DNA of 64,000 nucleotides from the human T2T-CHM13v2.0 reference genome, Homo sapiens: NCBI GenBank assembly GCA_009914755.4, contig CP086569.2, positions 2,880,001 to 2,944,000 of the forward strand, read 5' to 3'. Shown piece by piece: positions 62,906 to 64,000 of this stretch (position 1 is its first letter; each line of letters starts with the position of its first letter). The notes under the pieces were generated by a model. It saw only the letters and a program-made list of their open reading frames with translations, ran no database searches and was not told where the DNA came from. The position numbers and the translations under genes were made by a program.

Positions 62906-64000
62906 TTAAATAAATTGTCGTCTTTTCAAATGTGACCAGACTACTTTGAGGAACTTATCCTTACTTCATAAAGCCAATAGACTTGGAAAATGACTAATCT
63001 GGTACCTCGTCTACATGATAGCCTTACAGGATTCTTATCCTTGTATTTACTAAATAATGTCAGTTTCTGACAGGTTTAGGAATCCCAATATATTTTGGGA
63101 TCTTGAGAAGAGAGGAAATTACCGAATTTATACAGATATTACAGGAACAGTCTGAAGGTGAATCCTTGGTTGGGCTTCGCAGCCTCAAGAGACTTTTAAA
63201 TACCTGACCTAAAATTCCTTATTAAAAAGTTTTAGCAAAGCCAACTTCTAAAAAGTCTATATAGTAAGTAACTATTATTACTGTACTTTACAAAAATAAT
63301 CAGGCCAAATACTAAACTTACTTTGGAAACGAATTAGTCTTACCAGGATTATCTTTGGTGAAAAAAAAAAGGGGGTGACTGTAGAGAGAAAAAAAAAAAC
63401 AGGTTTTAGGGGAAAATGCTATAGTACACCTATTAATAGACTTTACCTCATTGCTTTTGAGGTTTTATTATCAATCTCAAATCTGGAATTGAATCCTGAA
63501 TTTTTTTTTAGTTTTCTCCAATATATGACTATGACTTTCTGAACTAATATTTGCCATTTTTCTCCCACAGCTTTTATTTGAAATCACTGAAATTAAAACT
63601 ATTCTTTCCTGAAATCCTGCAAACTAAAATTGGAGAATTTGATATCAACTTCATAGAAATCACTGCAAGAGCTTATGTATAGGCAACTTCTATGCCTAGA
63701 ATTGAGTATACTACTCAGAATTTTCCTGGTTTGCAGTTTGCATCAGGTGTTCACTGGAAACTGCAAACCAGGAAAATTCTGTCAGATTACCACTATCTGT
63801 TCTCATGCCATCCAAATATGCCTCAAGCTGAACATCTAACATTCTTCTCAACTGGCTGCTTTTTGGACTCAAAAATTGAGTTTATAGTTTGTTCTAGCCA
63901 TTAACCTTTGCTTTTCTTTTGTTTACATAGAAATACCCTTTATTAAATATCTGGTTGCTCAAATCATATAGAGGCCTGACATTGGTAGAAGACCATCTTC

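Overview
This window is primate (almost certainly human) nuclear DNA and is dense with repeats. It is not a prokaryotic or gene-dense region. I could find no intact protein-coding gene: the longest ORF in any frame is 181 aa, and every ORF with recognisable similarity belongs to a decayed retroelement.

Recognisable content:
- At least 16 Alu SINEs or Alu fragments.
- Two full-length THE1/MaLR elements (LTR-internal-LTR, about 2.3 kb each, minus strand).
- Six further solo THE1/MST-type LTRs, three of them with 5-bp target-site duplications.
- Several LINE-1 fragments, including one L1 that joins its 3' end directly to ORF1 with ORF2 deleted.
- Several microsatellites.
- Most prominently, a roughly 9-kb gamma-retrovirus-like (class I) endogenous retrovirus on the minus strand at about 31.5-40.7 kb.

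The ERV reads 5' LTR (TATA, AATAAA), then a primer-binding site matching tRNA-Arg at 17 of 18 positions, then a leader, gag (MA, CA, NC zinc knuckle), protease, RT, RNase H, integrase and env. All reading frames are broken.

The ERV is unusual in five ways:
- It has no 3' LTR and instead ends in an 18-nt poly(A) run directly after env.
- Both of its flanks look like the two halves of one ancient L1, and they share an imperfect duplication of about 20-27 bp.
- It carries an in-frame 3 x 108-bp tandem triplication of the capsid major-homology region.
- It has further tandem duplications in U3, the leader and the env leader.
- A later Alu, with clear target-site duplications, sits inside env.

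Other points of note:
- A repeat pair of unknown family is arranged A-B at 12.7-14.5 kb and B'-A' at 19.7-21.5 kb, with a third B copy at 42.7 kb.
- One Alu has an internal 62-bp tandem duplication.
- One young-looking Alu has a perfect 14-bp target-site duplication.
- A weak candidate exon sits at 23.16 kb.

All family names come from my memory of consensus sequences and should be confirmed with RepeatMasker/Dfam.
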